From Acidobacteriota bacterium (lineage in GTDB: Bacteria; Acidobacteriota; CAIWXX01): 64,000 nt of DNA. The translations under genes and the position numbers were made by a program. The stretch is taken from positions 160,001-224,000 of the forward strand of contig JBFMAF010000055.1 of the NCBI GenBank assembly GCA_040755995.1, in the 5' to 3' direction. Below are positions 11,011 to 21,516 of the stretch, piece by piece (the stretch's first letter is position 1; every line of letters begins with the position of its first letter). The notes below the pieces were generated by a model. The model ran no database searches and was not told where the DNA came from. It saw only the letters and a list, made by a program, of their open reading frames with translations.

Positions 11011-11039
11011 TTGACTGCCCGAGCCGTCCATTCTATTAT
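11011..11039 (+). promoter_or_regulatory. Candidate sigma-70 promoter upstream of ferredoxin
   Basis: TTGACT-17 bp-TATTAT. Confidence 0.5.
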
Positions 11040-11204
11040 CACTGCCTTTTGGAGGATTTTGGCTCGTGACTGCTGACGATCGACCGAAGGACGCACTGGG
11101 CGCTGCCGCCGTACAGCACACATTGCGGCGCGACAAGGCAGATGGAGCGGGCGGAGTCTGCGCCCGCTGGGAATAATAGTCACAACCAACCCAAAGGAGA
11201 GGAA

Positions 11205-11453
11205 ATGGCTCTGAAGATTTTCGAGGAGTGCATCAACTGTGGGGCGTGTGAGCCGGTCTGCCCGAACAAGGCGATCGCAGAGGGCGATCCGATCTACACG
11301 ATCGACCCGGACCTGTGCACCGAGTGCGAAGGGTTCCACGACGAGAAGCAGTGCGTCACGGTATGCCCGGTCGACTGCATACATGAGGACCCCGATCACG
11401 TTGAGAGCAAGGAAGAGCTGCTGGCGAAGAAGGTGCGGATCCACGGCTCCTAG
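11205..11453 (+). CDS. YfhL-type 2x[4Fe-4S] ferredoxin
   Basis: CINCGACEPVCP and CTECEGFHDEKQCVTVCPVDC; RBS AAGGAG. Confidence 0.95.
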   Translation: MALKIFEECINCGACEPVCPNKAIAEGDPIYTIDPDLCTECEGFHDEKQCVTVCPVDCIHEDPDHVESKEELLAKKVRIHGS

Positions 11454-11700
11454 ATCCGCGTCCTCCCCATTACTCAAGTCCCAAGGCGGCCGCCGTTGCC
11501 TTGGGATGAAGGCTTCTGAGAGCTCCTCTCGCTTGCCGCGAACAGGGGCGAGGAGGAGACCGCGGGGCGCAGGCTCCGACCGCGACCAGTGTGCTCCGCG
11601 TTCGGGCGGCCGCACAGTACGTTCCACGAACGAATGCCGGCGGCAGCGCCGTCACGATGGTGAACGGCCCACGCGTTCTTGAGCGGCTAAGTCTCCCCTC

Positions 11701-13041
11701 TCATGCTCCCAGCACTCTCGACATGGCCCGCACCAGGCACATGACGAGCTCCTCTGACTCAGACTCCGAGATCACGAACGGCGGGCCCAGGAGTATGCAT
11801 TCGCCCTCTCGATCGGCCAGCGCCAGCGAGCTGGGGTAGACGACAAGACCCTCATCGAGACAGGCCCGCGTCAACCGCTCCGCGACTTCATCGGCGGCAT
11901 CGAAGGGCTGCATGATGCCGCGATCCTTGAAGATGTCCACAGCCATCATCAAACCTACACCTCGGATGTTCGCCCCGAGATGAGGGTGCTCACCCGCGAG
12001 ATCGCTCAGCAGTCCCCGCAAGAATGAGCCGGCCCTATCTGCGCGCGCTATCAGACCGTCCCGCTCGACTATCTCCAGCACCTTGCACGCGGTCGCGCAG
12101 CTCAGCGGATTGGCGGCGAATGTGAAGTTGTTGATGAACGCACCGCTGCCCGCCTCGAAGGCGGCATACACCCTCTCGCTCACCAGCAGCGCCGCGAGTG
12201 GAGTGTAGCCCGAAGTGATCCCCTTGCCGAGTATGCAGATGTCCGGCAGTGCATCGAAGTGCGATGTGGCGAGGAATCGTCCGGTTCGCCCGGTGCCGCA
12301 CATGATCTCGTCCGCGATCAACACGACGCGGTGGCGCGCGCAGATCTCGGCGACCAGCTTCAGGTAGCCGCGCGGCGGAATGATCACTCCCCCGGACGAG
12401 CCCGTGACGGTCTCGGCGATGAAACAGGAGACGTTCTCCGGGCCCGCCCGCAGGATTTCCCGCTCGAGCTGCCTCGCGCAGTACAGATCGCAGGACGGGT
12501 AGGAGAGATGGTAGGGGCAGGAGGCGCAGTGAGGCAGTGCGATCTTGGGTGAGGCGAAGAGATAGGGTGCATAGTGTCGCCTTCGTCCGGCGTTGCCGCC
12601 GGCCGACAGGCAGGCCAGTGTGTTGCCGTGGTAGCTGGGTTGCCGGCCGATCACGAGCGACTTGCCGCGCTCTCCGCATTCTACGTGAAACTGCCGGGCC
12701 ATCTTGATGGCGGTCTCGACAGCCTCGCTTCCGCTCGACACAAAGTACGCGTATGGCAGATGGGGACTCCCCATTCGTGCGAGCCTCTCGGCCAGTTCGA
12801 TTTGTGGATCGTGCGTGAATCGGGCGATTGGGGCGAAGGCGAGCGTCTCGGCCTGCCGCCGGACGTGCTCCGCGACCTCGCGGCTCCCGTGACCGATGGA
12901 ACAGACGAGAGCCCCCCCGGCGCCGTCCAGGTATCGCTTACCACTGCGGTCGTACAGATAGACGCCGTCGCCGCGGCAGAGAACCGGATAGTCCCTGTGC
13001 AGGTTTCGATAGAAAACGTGGTCGCCCTGTCTCGTACCCAT
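11701..13041 (-). CDS. Class III PLP-dependent aminotransferase
   Basis: SGSEAVETAIKMAR, SYHGNT, LIADEIMCGTGRTG, GKGITSGY. Confidence 0.93.
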   Translation of the reverse strand: MGTRQGDHVFYRNLHRDYPVLCRGDGVYLYDRSGKRYLDGAGGALVCSIGHGSREVAEHVRRQAETLAFAPIARFTHDPQIELAERLARMGSPHLPYAYFVSSGSEAVETAIKMARQFHVECGERGKSLVIGRQPSYHGNTLACLSAGGNAGRRRHYAPYLFASPKIALPHCASCPYHLSYPSCDLYCARQLEREILRAGPENVSCFIAETVTGSSGGVIIPPRGYLKLVAEICARHRVVLIADEIMCGTGRTGRFLATSHFDALPDICILGKGITSGYTPLAALLVSERVYAAFEAGSGAFINNFTFAANPLSCATACKVLEIVERDGLIARADRAGSFLRGLLSDLAGEHPHLGANIRGVGLMMAVDIFKDRGIMQPFDAADEVAERLTRACLDEGLVVYPSSLALADREGECILLGPPFVISESESEELVMCLVRAMSRVLGA

Positions 13042-13163
13042 GTGACCCTCTCAGTCCTTCATGTATTGCCAGCGAGGCGCGGCCTCAGACCGATGAATCA
13101 TGACCCGCTCCGCCGTACCCAGGCCGAAGGTCGTACCCGACTGGGGCCGCAATCGTGTTCATG

Positions 13164-14258
13164 CTACCCCTGCGTGACGCAGTCGGCGCTGGCGGCGGTG
13201 TGGAATCGTCTGCGCAGTTCATTCATGTTGAAGTCGCGATAAACGGGATGTACGCGGTTGGTGAGCAGCACGGCGATCAGCTCCCGATCGGGGTCGATCG
13301 CCACGCTCGTTCCGGTTGTGCCCCACATCGCGACGGCTCGTGGAGAAAGGGCCGGTCCGGCAACCGAATTGCGTGCCGTCTGCAGCTGAAATCCGATCGT
13401 ACGATGGTCCTCGTGCTCGCCGCCGAGATTGCGGATGAACAGGGCTGCTTCGTCGCCGCGGAGGAGCCTTTCGGGCTTCAGCAGTTCGGTCGCAATGGCA
13501 TGCACGTCGCGCGCGGCTCCGAAGAGCCCTGCGTTGCCCGAGGCACCTCCGAGGGTGAAGGCGTTGTGGTCGTGCACCTGCCCCCGGATGATCGCCTGCC
13601 GGAATCCCGGGTAGTTGGCGGCCCGCACACCGCACTTGTTTCGTTCGAACACGTTTCCCCTCTCGGTTGCCGCGATCCGGGGCAGGAATTCCACCGGCGG
13701 GTTGAACATGCACGTGGTCAGACCCAGCGGTGTCGCGACAAGGTCTCGGAAGAGCGTCTGGACGGTCGAGCTCGTCGCATGCTCGATTATGCGGCTGAGC
13801 TGGATGTAGCCGAGGCAGCTGTAAACGGTGTCCGTGCCGGGCCTGTACCGCAAGCCGATTCTGTCCAGCCCCCTGAACATCTCCTTCCGTTCCTCGCCGA
13901 AGAGATACAGCGGCTCCCAGTCGGGCAGGCCGGACGTGTGTGTCAGGAGCTGCAGGATCGTGATGTCCCGCCGGCCCTCCCACTCGTAGGCCGGCAGGTA
14001 TCGGCGTACTGGATCGTTCACATTGATGTGGCGGTTTCGGTGGAGCAGCAGTGCGAGGATTGAACTGGATAGAGGTTTGGTCAGAGACGCCAGATCGTAG
14101 ATCGTCGCTGCGTCTGCCTCGACCAATTCAGGCTCGACACACGCGTGTCCACGGGCTCTTTCCTCAATCACGGATCCGGATCGCGCGACGATGTAAGAGC
14201 AAGAGGGCAGGTGACCTTGCTCAAGCGCCTCGTCCAGCACGGCCGATGCTTGCGACAT
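13164..14258 (-). CDS. Serine hydrolase, beta-lactamase (AmpC-like) fold
   Basis: SxxK in YDLASLTK, LLTHTSGL, YSCLGY, GQVHDHNA, LLTNRVHP. Confidence 0.88.
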   Translation of the reverse strand: MSQASAVLDEALEQGHLPSCSYIVARSGSVIEERARGHACVEPELVEADAATIYDLASLTKPLSSSILALLLHRNRHINVNDPVRRYLPAYEWEGRRDITILQLLTHTSGLPDWEPLYLFGEERKEMFRGLDRIGLRYRPGTDTVYSCLGYIQLSRIIEHATSSTVQTLFRDLVATPLGLTTCMFNPPVEFLPRIAATERGNVFERNKCGVRAANYPGFRQAIIRGQVHDHNAFTLGGASGNAGLFGAARDVHAIATELLKPERLLRGDEAALFIRNLGGEHEDHRTIGFQLQTARNSVAGPALSPRAVAMWGTTGTSVAIDPDRELIAVLLTNRVHPVYRDFNMNELRRRFHTAASADCVTQG

Positions 14259-14385
14259 ACCGGGATTCTTACCAGACTCCGGCGAATTTGCAAACGGACC
14301 GGGGGACAGCAGACTTCGCCCACCCGGCAATCCGTCTCTGGCGATGCATTGCCTTGCGCCGAATGGGCTAGCATAATACTGCTGT

Positions 14386-15453
14386 ATGGATCTGAGCCTC
14401 TTCGATTACGACCTGCCGGCTGACAGGATCGCGCAGGTGCCGTTGCCGAGGCGGGACGCCTCGCGGATGATCGTGCTGCGCGAAGGACGCATCGAGGACA
14501 GGTTGTTCGAGGATCTCCCGTCGTTGCTCGGCGCCGATGACCTCGTCGTCCTGAACGAGAGCCGCGTCTTCCCGGCGCGCCTCCGGGACGGCAACCGAGA
14601 GATCCTGTTCCTCAGGCCCGTTGGGGACGGACCGAGGTGGGAGGCGCTCTGCAGACCGGCGAGGCGCTTCTCGCCCGGCCGCACGTTGACGATGCGCGGG
14701 ATCACGGTAGCAGTGGAGCGTACGGTCGAGGGCGTCGGCAAACGGGTGCTTCGAATCCCTGAAGGGCTGGATCTGATGGTGGAGCTGGAGAGGCTGGGGG
14801 AGCCGCCGCTGCCGCCGTACATTCTGAGAGACGACGATCCACTGATGAGACGCATGGACCTCGAACGCTACCAGGCCATCTTCGCAGCGAACACCGGATC
14901 GGCGGCGGCTCCAACCGCCGGCCTGCACTTCACAGAAGGCATGCTGGCGAGAATCCGGTCCACCTGCCGGATCGCGCACCTCACGCTGCACGTGTCGAAC
15001 GCCACATTTCAGCCGATCCGTACGCGGCGGATCGAGGAGCACCGGCTGGAGCCTGAGGAGTACGTTATAGGTGAGGACGTCGTCAGGGAGATCGAGCGTG
15101 CGCGGATCAGGAACGGGCGTGTGGTCGCGGTGGGGACGACGGTGGTGCGGGCCCTGGAGAGCGCTGCGGCCGTAGGCGCGCTCGAGCATGGGCCCGGGAG
15201 CGCCTCCGCATACATCACGCCGGGCTATAGGTTCCGCGTCGTCGACGCCCTGTTGACGAACTTCCACCAACCGCGTTCCTCACTGCTCGTGCTGGTGTCA
15301 GCCTTCGCAGGAATCGACTCGATCCGAGCTGCCTATGGTCATGCACTCGGCGCCGGCTACCGTTTCTTGAGCTACGGCGACTGCATGTTTGTCTGCCGGG
15401 CGGATTCCCGCGACCTACCGGCTGCACATCGCGACATGAGTCGCGAGGTCTAG
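14386..15453 (+). CDS. queA: S-adenosylmethionine:tRNA ribosyltransferase-isomerase
   Basis: FDYDLPADRIAQ, PLPPYI, AAPTAGLHF, LLTNFHQPRS, YRFLSYGD. Confidence 0.97.
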   Translation: MDLSLFDYDLPADRIAQVPLPRRDASRMIVLREGRIEDRLFEDLPSLLGADDLVVLNESRVFPARLRDGNREILFLRPVGDGPRWEALCRPARRFSPGRTLTMRGITVAVERTVEGVGKRVLRIPEGLDLMVELERLGEPPLPPYILRDDDPLMRRMDLERYQAIFAANTGSAAAPTAGLHFTEGMLARIRSTCRIAHLTLHVSNATFQPIRTRRIEEHRLEPEEYVIGEDVVREIERARIRNGRVVAVGTTVVRALESAAAVGALEHGPGSASAYITPGYRFRVVDALLTNFHQPRSSLLVLVSAFAGIDSIRAAYGHALGAGYRFLSYGDCMFVCRADSRDLPAAHRDMSREV

Positions 15454-15513
15454 CGGGTGGTGATGTCGGGCTTTCGGCCCGCGTCGCGAGAGCGGCACCG
15501 GAAGAACGACAAA

Positions 15514-17595
15514 CTACTCCGCTTGATGTGTCACCGGGGACCGCGTAGTCCCTTTTTCACCGGTCTTGCGGTGCTCCCTTCGAAGCTTGCGTGAGCCGTT
15601 CTCTGCGCCCTCGGATGGCTGGGTCTGTCCGTGTTTCCGCTGCAGCTTTGGCTTCGGCTCTTTGCCCGCCCTCGGATACGCCGTCTGCGTAGTCTCATCC
15701 GGTTCGGAGCCCTCGCCGGCAACATCCGGGGACCCATATCCCTGGCCTGGATCGACGTATCCGAGTCCGGCCAGGGCAGCCACGTCTTCGGGGGAGGCGT
15801 TGACCTGGGTGGGTGGGGAGGCCGGTGCAAGGGACGCCTGGGTCTTGGCCCACAGCAAGTAGAGCTGATGCATGTAGCCGACGCGGAGCTCTCTTTCTTC
15901 CGCGACGTCGATTTTCTCGACCGGGTCGTCGGCAAGTTCGTAGAGTTCCCTTCTGTCGCCGTAGGCGGTGTACAGGTACCTGTACCCGTCGTCCATCACT
16001 CCATACGCTGGCGTATCGCCGGTTGTGCGCGTGAAGAGAGGCACATGTGCGAGTGATTCTCCACGGATAGCCGGAACCAGGCTCCGCCCCTGGAACGCGC
16101 CGGCCTGGGCATGAGCGTGTGCGAGCCCGGCCATGGTGGCGGCCACATCGATGATCCCGACGGGGTCGCCAACCGAACGGTATCCGGGAGAGGATGGCAG
16201 ATGCATCATGAGCGGGATTCTGGATGCTTCCTGGTAGAGCGTTTCGTTGTGGCCAAAGAAATCGTGCTCTCCGAGGGCCTCACCGTGGTCACCGAGCAGA
16301 AACAGCACGGTCCTTTCAAGGAGCTTCTGGGATCGCAGGTACTCCAGTAGCCGCCCGACCTCCGAGTCTACGTAGGACAGGTTCTCATCGTATCGGTGCG
16401 CAAGATAGCTCGAATCTTCGGGGGTCAAGGCCAGCTTGCCCGTGTTGACGAGCGTGAACAGATCGTCTGTCTGATTGTTGTCCTTGAGCGGTCCCGGGTA
16501 CCCGCCGGAGAATTTCCCGTAGAAGGGAGGAGGGGGACGGAGCGGACCGTGAGGCTCACGAAAGTGCAAGTACAGGAAGAACCTCTTGTCGGAGTGCGCG
16601 CGGAGCCAGTCGATTCCTGCATCGGCGACCTCGACGGCATCCACGACCCCCTTCCCGCCTGGTCGCTTGTACAGCTCCGATACCGTGTCGAAGCCACGCT
16701 CATAACCGTAGAGGGACGACGCATTGGGAGACGCAGTGATGAGACCGGTCTCCCATCCGGCTTCCTGCAGCACCTGGGCGATCGTCCGAGTATCGGGGCC
16801 GAGTCCATAGCCCTTCCGCACTGATCCGTGCCGGTCAGGGTACTCGGAGGTCAGCAGCGACCCAACCGATGCCTGCGTATAGACTGCTTCGCAGTAAGCA
16901 TTCTGGAACACCACCGAGTCCGCCGCGAAGCGATCGATGTTCGGTGTGGTATGCCCCCCGTATCCGTAACAGCCGAAGCGGTCTCGACGCGCGGCATCCA
17001 GCAGGACGATCATGAAGCTTGGTCCGGCGTCGGATGGGGCGCCGCCGCCCATCGTCGATCCGCTCGCGGCGGATGTCGAGACTGGCGAGGCACTGGAACG
17101 TCCTTCGACCCTGGGGTTGACCCAGATGCCCGTTGCCGGTTCGTTGTCTTCTGACTGGACCTTCAGCGTAACCCTCACGATTCCGCGTATTCGAGGCAAC
17201 GAAACTCGAATATTCTTCCGGAGACCGACGCGCCTGAGCAAGCGTCCGGTCCACCCATCTCTGTAGACCTGCACCGCATCTTTCTCGTCTTCGGTCCGCA
17301 CGGTTACCACGTACTCCGGAACGGGGCCTTTCGACGGGCCGTCGGGTGGCTCCGACCCTATTCCGAAAGCCAGCACCGAGTCCGCATCCAGCTTGATGTA
17401 GTACGAGATGGATGTTCCAGCCTTCTGGAAGATCTTGACGAACCCCGCGCTCACCGTGGTCTCCGGGCGCGCGTCGGCGGGCCCGTCCAATTCGGCCACG
17501 TCCACGTTCCTGCCCAGGTCGTAGACCTCGACTGCCTCCCGCCGCCCGCAGGCACTCAATGTGAGCGCCAAGATCACCACCACATACTTCCACAT
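15514..17595 (-). CDS. Sulfatase/alkaline-phosphatase-superfamily lipoprotein
   Basis: Lipobox LSAC; LLDAARRD, TPNIDRFA, HFREPH, GDHGE, RIPL; lacks the canonical CxPxR. Confidence 0.85.
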   Translation of the reverse strand: MWKYVVVILALTLSACGRREAVEVYDLGRNVDVAELDGPADARPETTVSAGFVKIFQKAGTSISYYIKLDADSVLAFGIGSEPPDGPSKGPVPEYVVTVRTEDEKDAVQVYRDGWTGRLLRRVGLRKNIRVSLPRIRGIVRVTLKVQSEDNEPATGIWVNPRVEGRSSASPVSTSAASGSTMGGGAPSDAGPSFMIVLLDAARRDRFGCYGYGGHTTPNIDRFAADSVVFQNAYCEAVYTQASVGSLLTSEYPDRHGSVRKGYGLGPDTRTIAQVLQEAGWETGLITASPNASSLYGYERGFDTVSELYKRPGGKGVVDAVEVADAGIDWLRAHSDKRFFLYLHFREPHGPLRPPPPFYGKFSGGYPGPLKDNNQTDDLFTLVNTGKLALTPEDSSYLAHRYDENLSYVDSEVGRLLEYLRSQKLLERTVLFLLGDHGEALGEHDFFGHNETLYQEASRIPLMMHLPSSPGYRSVGDPVGIIDVAATMAGLAHAHAQAGAFQGRSLVPAIRGESLAHVPLFTRTTGDTPAYGVMDDGYRYLYTAYGDRRELYELADDPVEKIDVAEERELRVGYMHQLYLLWAKTQASLAPASPPTQVNASPEDVAALAGLGYVDPGQGYGSPDVAGEGSEPDETTQTAYPRAGKEPKPKLQRKHGQTQPSEGAENGSRKLRREHRKTGEKGTTRSPVTHQAE

Positions 17596-18178
17596 GGCGG
17601 CCAGACCCTACCACACGGGATTCGGGGCGTCAATGCGAGGGAGGAGGAGGAGGAGTTGGGGAGAAGGAGAGTTGGGGCGGTATGCGGAATCCAAGGGGAT
17701 GCACCCGCGAGATGGCGGGATTCGAACCGGCAGCGACGTGGGTCCGGCCGTTGTAAAGGATGGCGACTGGGATTCGCCCACACAGTTCTCCGCGTGTCCG
17801 CGGGTTGTGGTGTGACAGATATGCCCATGGTAGAATCGGATCGTAGAATGACAATCAGTGCTCGAACCGTCGTCCGCGGCTGTGTGGGATGGTTCTTGCT
17901 GGCGTTTGGGGTCGCGGTACTCTCAACCTGCAGTGAGAAACCTGCGTGGGCGGCCCTGGCGGGGATACTGCTGGCTGCCTTGATAAGCGAGGTCCACGCC
18001 CAGGGACGATCCGCGGTACTGGCAGACTCGTGGGAGCCGTACTGCCACATCAAGGAACAGCACGCACGCTTCGGGTTCGGACTCCACCCGTGCGGTCCGG
18101 GCGTCACGGTGACACAATCTACCGCCCGACCTGCCGGCAACGGAGCTGGGCTCACCAAACCGATAGGTGGAGTGACGG

Positions 18179-19204
18179 ATGCTCAGGATCGATAGCCGGG
18201 CCCTTGCCGCCCTGTACCTCCTGGCCGTTCTGCCGGCCGGAGCTGCTCTGCATGTGTACCTGTGGAAGAGCGAAACCGCGTGGGAAGATGTCTACTATGC
18301 CTGGGTGGAAGGGCATCGCATCCTGGTGATGGAGAATCCATACGCCCGGATTCTGGATGGTGACATGCGGGAGAATCGTAAGTATGCCACGTACTTCCCG
18401 CTATTCTACGAGCTGTCATCGCTCGCACAGTTGGCCGGATTACGCCAGTACGGGCAGTGGATCGCTTTGTGGCGTTTCGCGTTCCTACTCTTCGACATGG
18501 GCATCACGGTTCTGATGTTCTATATCCCCTACCAGCGCAGGATGCCGTCACTGGCGGTCTTCGGCACCATGTTCTGGCTGTTCAACCGATGGACGTTGCA
18601 TGTCACGGAAGTGGCACACATCGACTTCATTCCGATCCTCTTCCTGCTGTGGTCATTGGCGCTGTTCGGGACACATCGTCGCTGGGCATTGCTGCTGATC
18701 AGCCTTTCTCTGGGGATGAAGCAGATCGCAATATTCGTAGTACCCCTCTACCTCATCTGGGTTTGGCAGGATACGCGCGAGAGCCAACTGAAGGAGGTCT
18801 TGAAGGCGGGTGCCCTGATCGCATCCGTTCCGGCGTTGGCATCCCTTCCGTTCATCATCTGGAACATGAGAGCTTTCGTCCTGTCCATCCTGTTCTCTGT
18901 GACCCGGAGTCCAGAGGGACATTTCGGCGTCATGTCAGTAGACACCTACCTGGGTCTCGATGGATTCCTGGCCAGACTGCCCATGCTCGGTCTGCTTGCG
19001 CTGTCGTACTGGCTCGTCTGGCGCCGAACGGTCGGCATGTACACTGCCGTTCTCTTGGTCTTGGCAGCTTTCACCGGCTTCAACCCGGTGCTGTTCCGAG
19101 TCTACCTGGCGTGGTTGACTCCTTTCCTCCCGTTGGCGGTGTGTGACTCCACCCCCCCAGGGATGCTGGGGGCCTCGACCTCTGAAAGAGTTGCGTCCTC
19201 CTGA
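18179..19204 (+). CDS. GT-C fold membrane glycosyltransferase (GT87-like)
   Basis: EDVYY, NPY, YATYFPLFY, HIDFIP, GMKQ; polytopic. Confidence 0.7.
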   Translation: MLRIDSRALAALYLLAVLPAGAALHVYLWKSETAWEDVYYAWVEGHRILVMENPYARILDGDMRENRKYATYFPLFYELSSLAQLAGLRQYGQWIALWRFAFLLFDMGITVLMFYIPYQRRMPSLAVFGTMFWLFNRWTLHVTEVAHIDFIPILFLLWSLALFGTHRRWALLLISLSLGMKQIAIFVVPLYLIWVWQDTRESQLKEVLKAGALIASVPALASLPFIIWNMRAFVLSILFSVTRSPEGHFGVMSVDTYLGLDGFLARLPMLGLLALSYWLVWRRTVGMYTAVLLVLAAFTGFNPVLFRVYLAWLTPFLPLAVCDSTPPGMLGASTSERVASS

Positions 19205-19303
19205 AGGGATGCCACACCGCGGCGCGCCTCGATCACACCAGCCGGGGGCGCCTCGGCTCGACATGACCTTCCCACTCTGTGCGGATCAGCGATAAGCCAG
19301 TCC

Positions 19304-21418
19304 ATGAGATCGGGGGCTCAATCAGCGCCACGTGCCGTGGACGAGTCGTCGCCTCCCGCGGTGCTCGAACGAACCACGCTGGCTGCGCTTGTGCTGCTGA
19401 GCGCAGCATGCGTGCTCGTGACTACCTTCCGGGATCTCGACTCGGATCTGTTCTGGCACCTCAAGTGCGGATACGACATCCTCGATTCCGGCTCGATCGG
19501 TCGCGTCGACGTGTATTCCTACACCGCGACAGGCGCCAGTTTCATCAATCATGAGTGGCTGAGCGAGGTTTTCCTGGCCCTCCTGCACTGGCTCGGCGGA
19601 TTCGACGCCATCGTGATCGCCAAGGCGTTCATCTGCGCCTGTCTCTTGCTGATGGTCGCCCGGGGCGCGCAAGCGCGAGGTGCGGGAGGAATCTCGATTG
19701 CATGGTGCGCGCTATACGCACTGCTTCTCTCGCGCTGGCGTCTCTTCGCGAAGCCCGAGTTGGCGGCCTTCTACTTCGTTCTCTTGTTCGACACGATCGC
19801 CACGCAGTACCTGCGCAGGGGGGATCGCAGGTACCTGGCATGGCTTCCACCGCTCGCGCTCGTGTGGGCCAACACGCACCTCTATGTTGCGGTCGGCATC
19901 CTGGTCCTGTTGATCCATGCGATAGGGGAGGCTGTTGGCCGCGGGTTTCTGGGAAGGGACGGGGGCCGCGGTAGTCCTCGCTTCCTAGGGCTCATTGCAG
20001 CCGCCTGCGCGGCCGTCAGCCTCATCAACCCGCTCGGGCCGCGCCTCTACCTGCCTGCGATTCAGATCTATACATCTTCGTCTCTGCGTCTGTCGATGGT
20101 GATGGAGTGGATGCCGCCCACGTATTCGGGATTCCCGCTCTTCTTCCTTCTCGCAATCCCGGCAACTTGCATTCTGCTCGTCACGCTCCGCCGCGCACCA
20201 CTCCAGGACGTGGCGCTCTGGGCCGGGACCATGGTGCTTGCATTCCGGTCCTGCCGGCACATCGAGCTCTTCGCGCTCGTCTCCGCCCCTATTCTCGCGC
20301 GGCAGCTCGGGTGGGCACTGGACGGCCTGAAGCGCTGGACTGCCCGCGTGCTGCCTGCCATTCGCCCTTCTTCCGACCCGAAGCTGCGCCTCCTGCTGTT
20401 CGCCGCAACTCTGCTCTGGGCGGTCACCACGCTGCTTTCGCATCATCACAGTCTGCTCCATCAAGACGCCAGTCGCCAGTTCATCTTCGGCACGGGGCTC
20501 GACCGCCGCGCGATCCCCGATGCCACTGTGGACCTCGTCGAGTCCCGTGCGCTGAAGGGGCCTCTGTACAACAGTTACGATTTGGGTGGCTACCTGATCT
20601 GGCGTTGCGTGCCGCGCCTCAAGGTGTTCATCGACGGCCGCCACACGATGTACGAAGGGCTTCTGGAATGGATCGAGACTCACAGGGCACGTGAGATGCT
20701 CGATCACTTCGGAATCCAGTTGGCGATAGTGAGCTACCGCGATCCACTTGCTCTTGCGGCGCTGCGGGCGGACCCCCGCTTTCGGCTAGTGTGCTACGAC
20801 GACGCCTCCATGCTTTTCCTGCGGTCTCCGACTCCGGAAGGCACTGTCATTCCGTATCGGTATCTTCGTCCCGAGGACCTCTCGTTCTCGTGGTTCGGGG
20901 AGCTGAGCGCGGAGGCGCGCGAGGCCGCGCATCTGGAGGCGCGCAGGGCCGTCCGTGAAGCCCCGGGCTCCTCCCGCGCCTGGGCTCTGCTGGGTCGCAT
21001 CTCTCGGCGCACTGGTGATCGACCCGAGGCGGTCGATGCTCTCCTGAGGGCTGTGCGGCTCGATCCGTCCAACATGCCGCTCCGCAACGAGCTGGGGACT
21101 GCCTACATGGAGGCGGGGCTGCTGGTGGATGCGTTGGAGCAGTTCCGCGAGGCCGCAGCGATGAATCCTGGTGCCGCATCCTCCTACCACAACCAGGGCC
21201 TGGTGCTATACAGGCTGGGTGAGGATGCGGCCGCTCTGCGGGCCTTCAAACAGGCTGTGCGGTGCGAAGGACACTCGGAGGAGGCCTATTTGTTCCTGGG
21301 ACTGCTGGAGCAAGACCGTGCGGCCGCCCGCAGCGCCCTCCTGCATTTCCTGCGGACGTCCACCGACTCCGGTCTCCGGCGCCAGGCCGAGCAACGCCTC
21401 AAGGAGCTGGATCACTGA
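19304..21418 (+). CDS. Polytopic membrane protein (GT-C-like) with C-terminal TPR repeats
   Basis: DSDLFWHLKCG, HEWLSEV, WANTH, MEWMP, FIDGR; several TPR-like helical repeats at the C-terminus. Confidence 0.7.
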   Translation: MRSGAQSAPRAVDESSPPAVLERTTLAALVLLSAACVLVTTFRDLDSDLFWHLKCGYDILDSGSIGRVDVYSYTATGASFINHEWLSEVFLALLHWLGGFDAIVIAKAFICACLLLMVARGAQARGAGGISIAWCALYALLLSRWRLFAKPELAAFYFVLLFDTIATQYLRRGDRRYLAWLPPLALVWANTHLYVAVGILVLLIHAIGEAVGRGFLGRDGGRGSPRFLGLIAAACAAVSLINPLGPRLYLPAIQIYTSSSLRLSMVMEWMPPTYSGFPLFFLLAIPATCILLVTLRRAPLQDVALWAGTMVLAFRSCRHIELFALVSAPILARQLGWALDGLKRWTARVLPAIRPSSDPKLRLLLFAATLLWAVTTLLSHHHSLLHQDASRQFIFGTGLDRRAIPDATVDLVESRALKGPLYNSYDLGGYLIWRCVPRLKVFIDGRHTMYEGLLEWIETHRAREMLDHFGIQLAIVSYRDPLALAALRADPRFRLVCYDDASMLFLRSPTPEGTVIPYRYLRPEDLSFSWFGELSAEAREAAHLEARRAVREAPGSSRAWALLGRISRRTGDRPEAVDALLRAVRLDPSNMPLRNELGTAYMEAGLLVDALEQFREAAAMNPGAASSYHNQGLVLYRLGEDAAALRAFKQAVRCEGHSEEAYLFLGLLEQDRAAARSALLHFLRTSTDSGLRRQAEQRLKELDH

Positions 21419-21516
21419 CGCGATCGGCGCACCATGCCCTGGCACCCCCCGGCGTCCTGACGCGTGGCACGATGGGGGTTTTTGCATCGCCTCTCGCTCA
21501 GGAGTAGGATGCCCGG

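Noticed and set aside
11052..11176. Short ORF or TGC-TGA selenocysteine-like readthrough upstream of ferredoxin
   Set aside because: No recognisable protein or SECIS-like hairpin
17700..17800. GGTTCGAATCCCGCC on the minus strand resembles a tRNA T-arm
   Set aside because: No acceptor stem, D-arm or anticodon arm could be built
17821..18195. Hydrophobic ORF before the GT87-like gene, and a similar one at 26648-26836
   Set aside because: May be N-terminal stubs of membrane proteins, but no family motif supports a call
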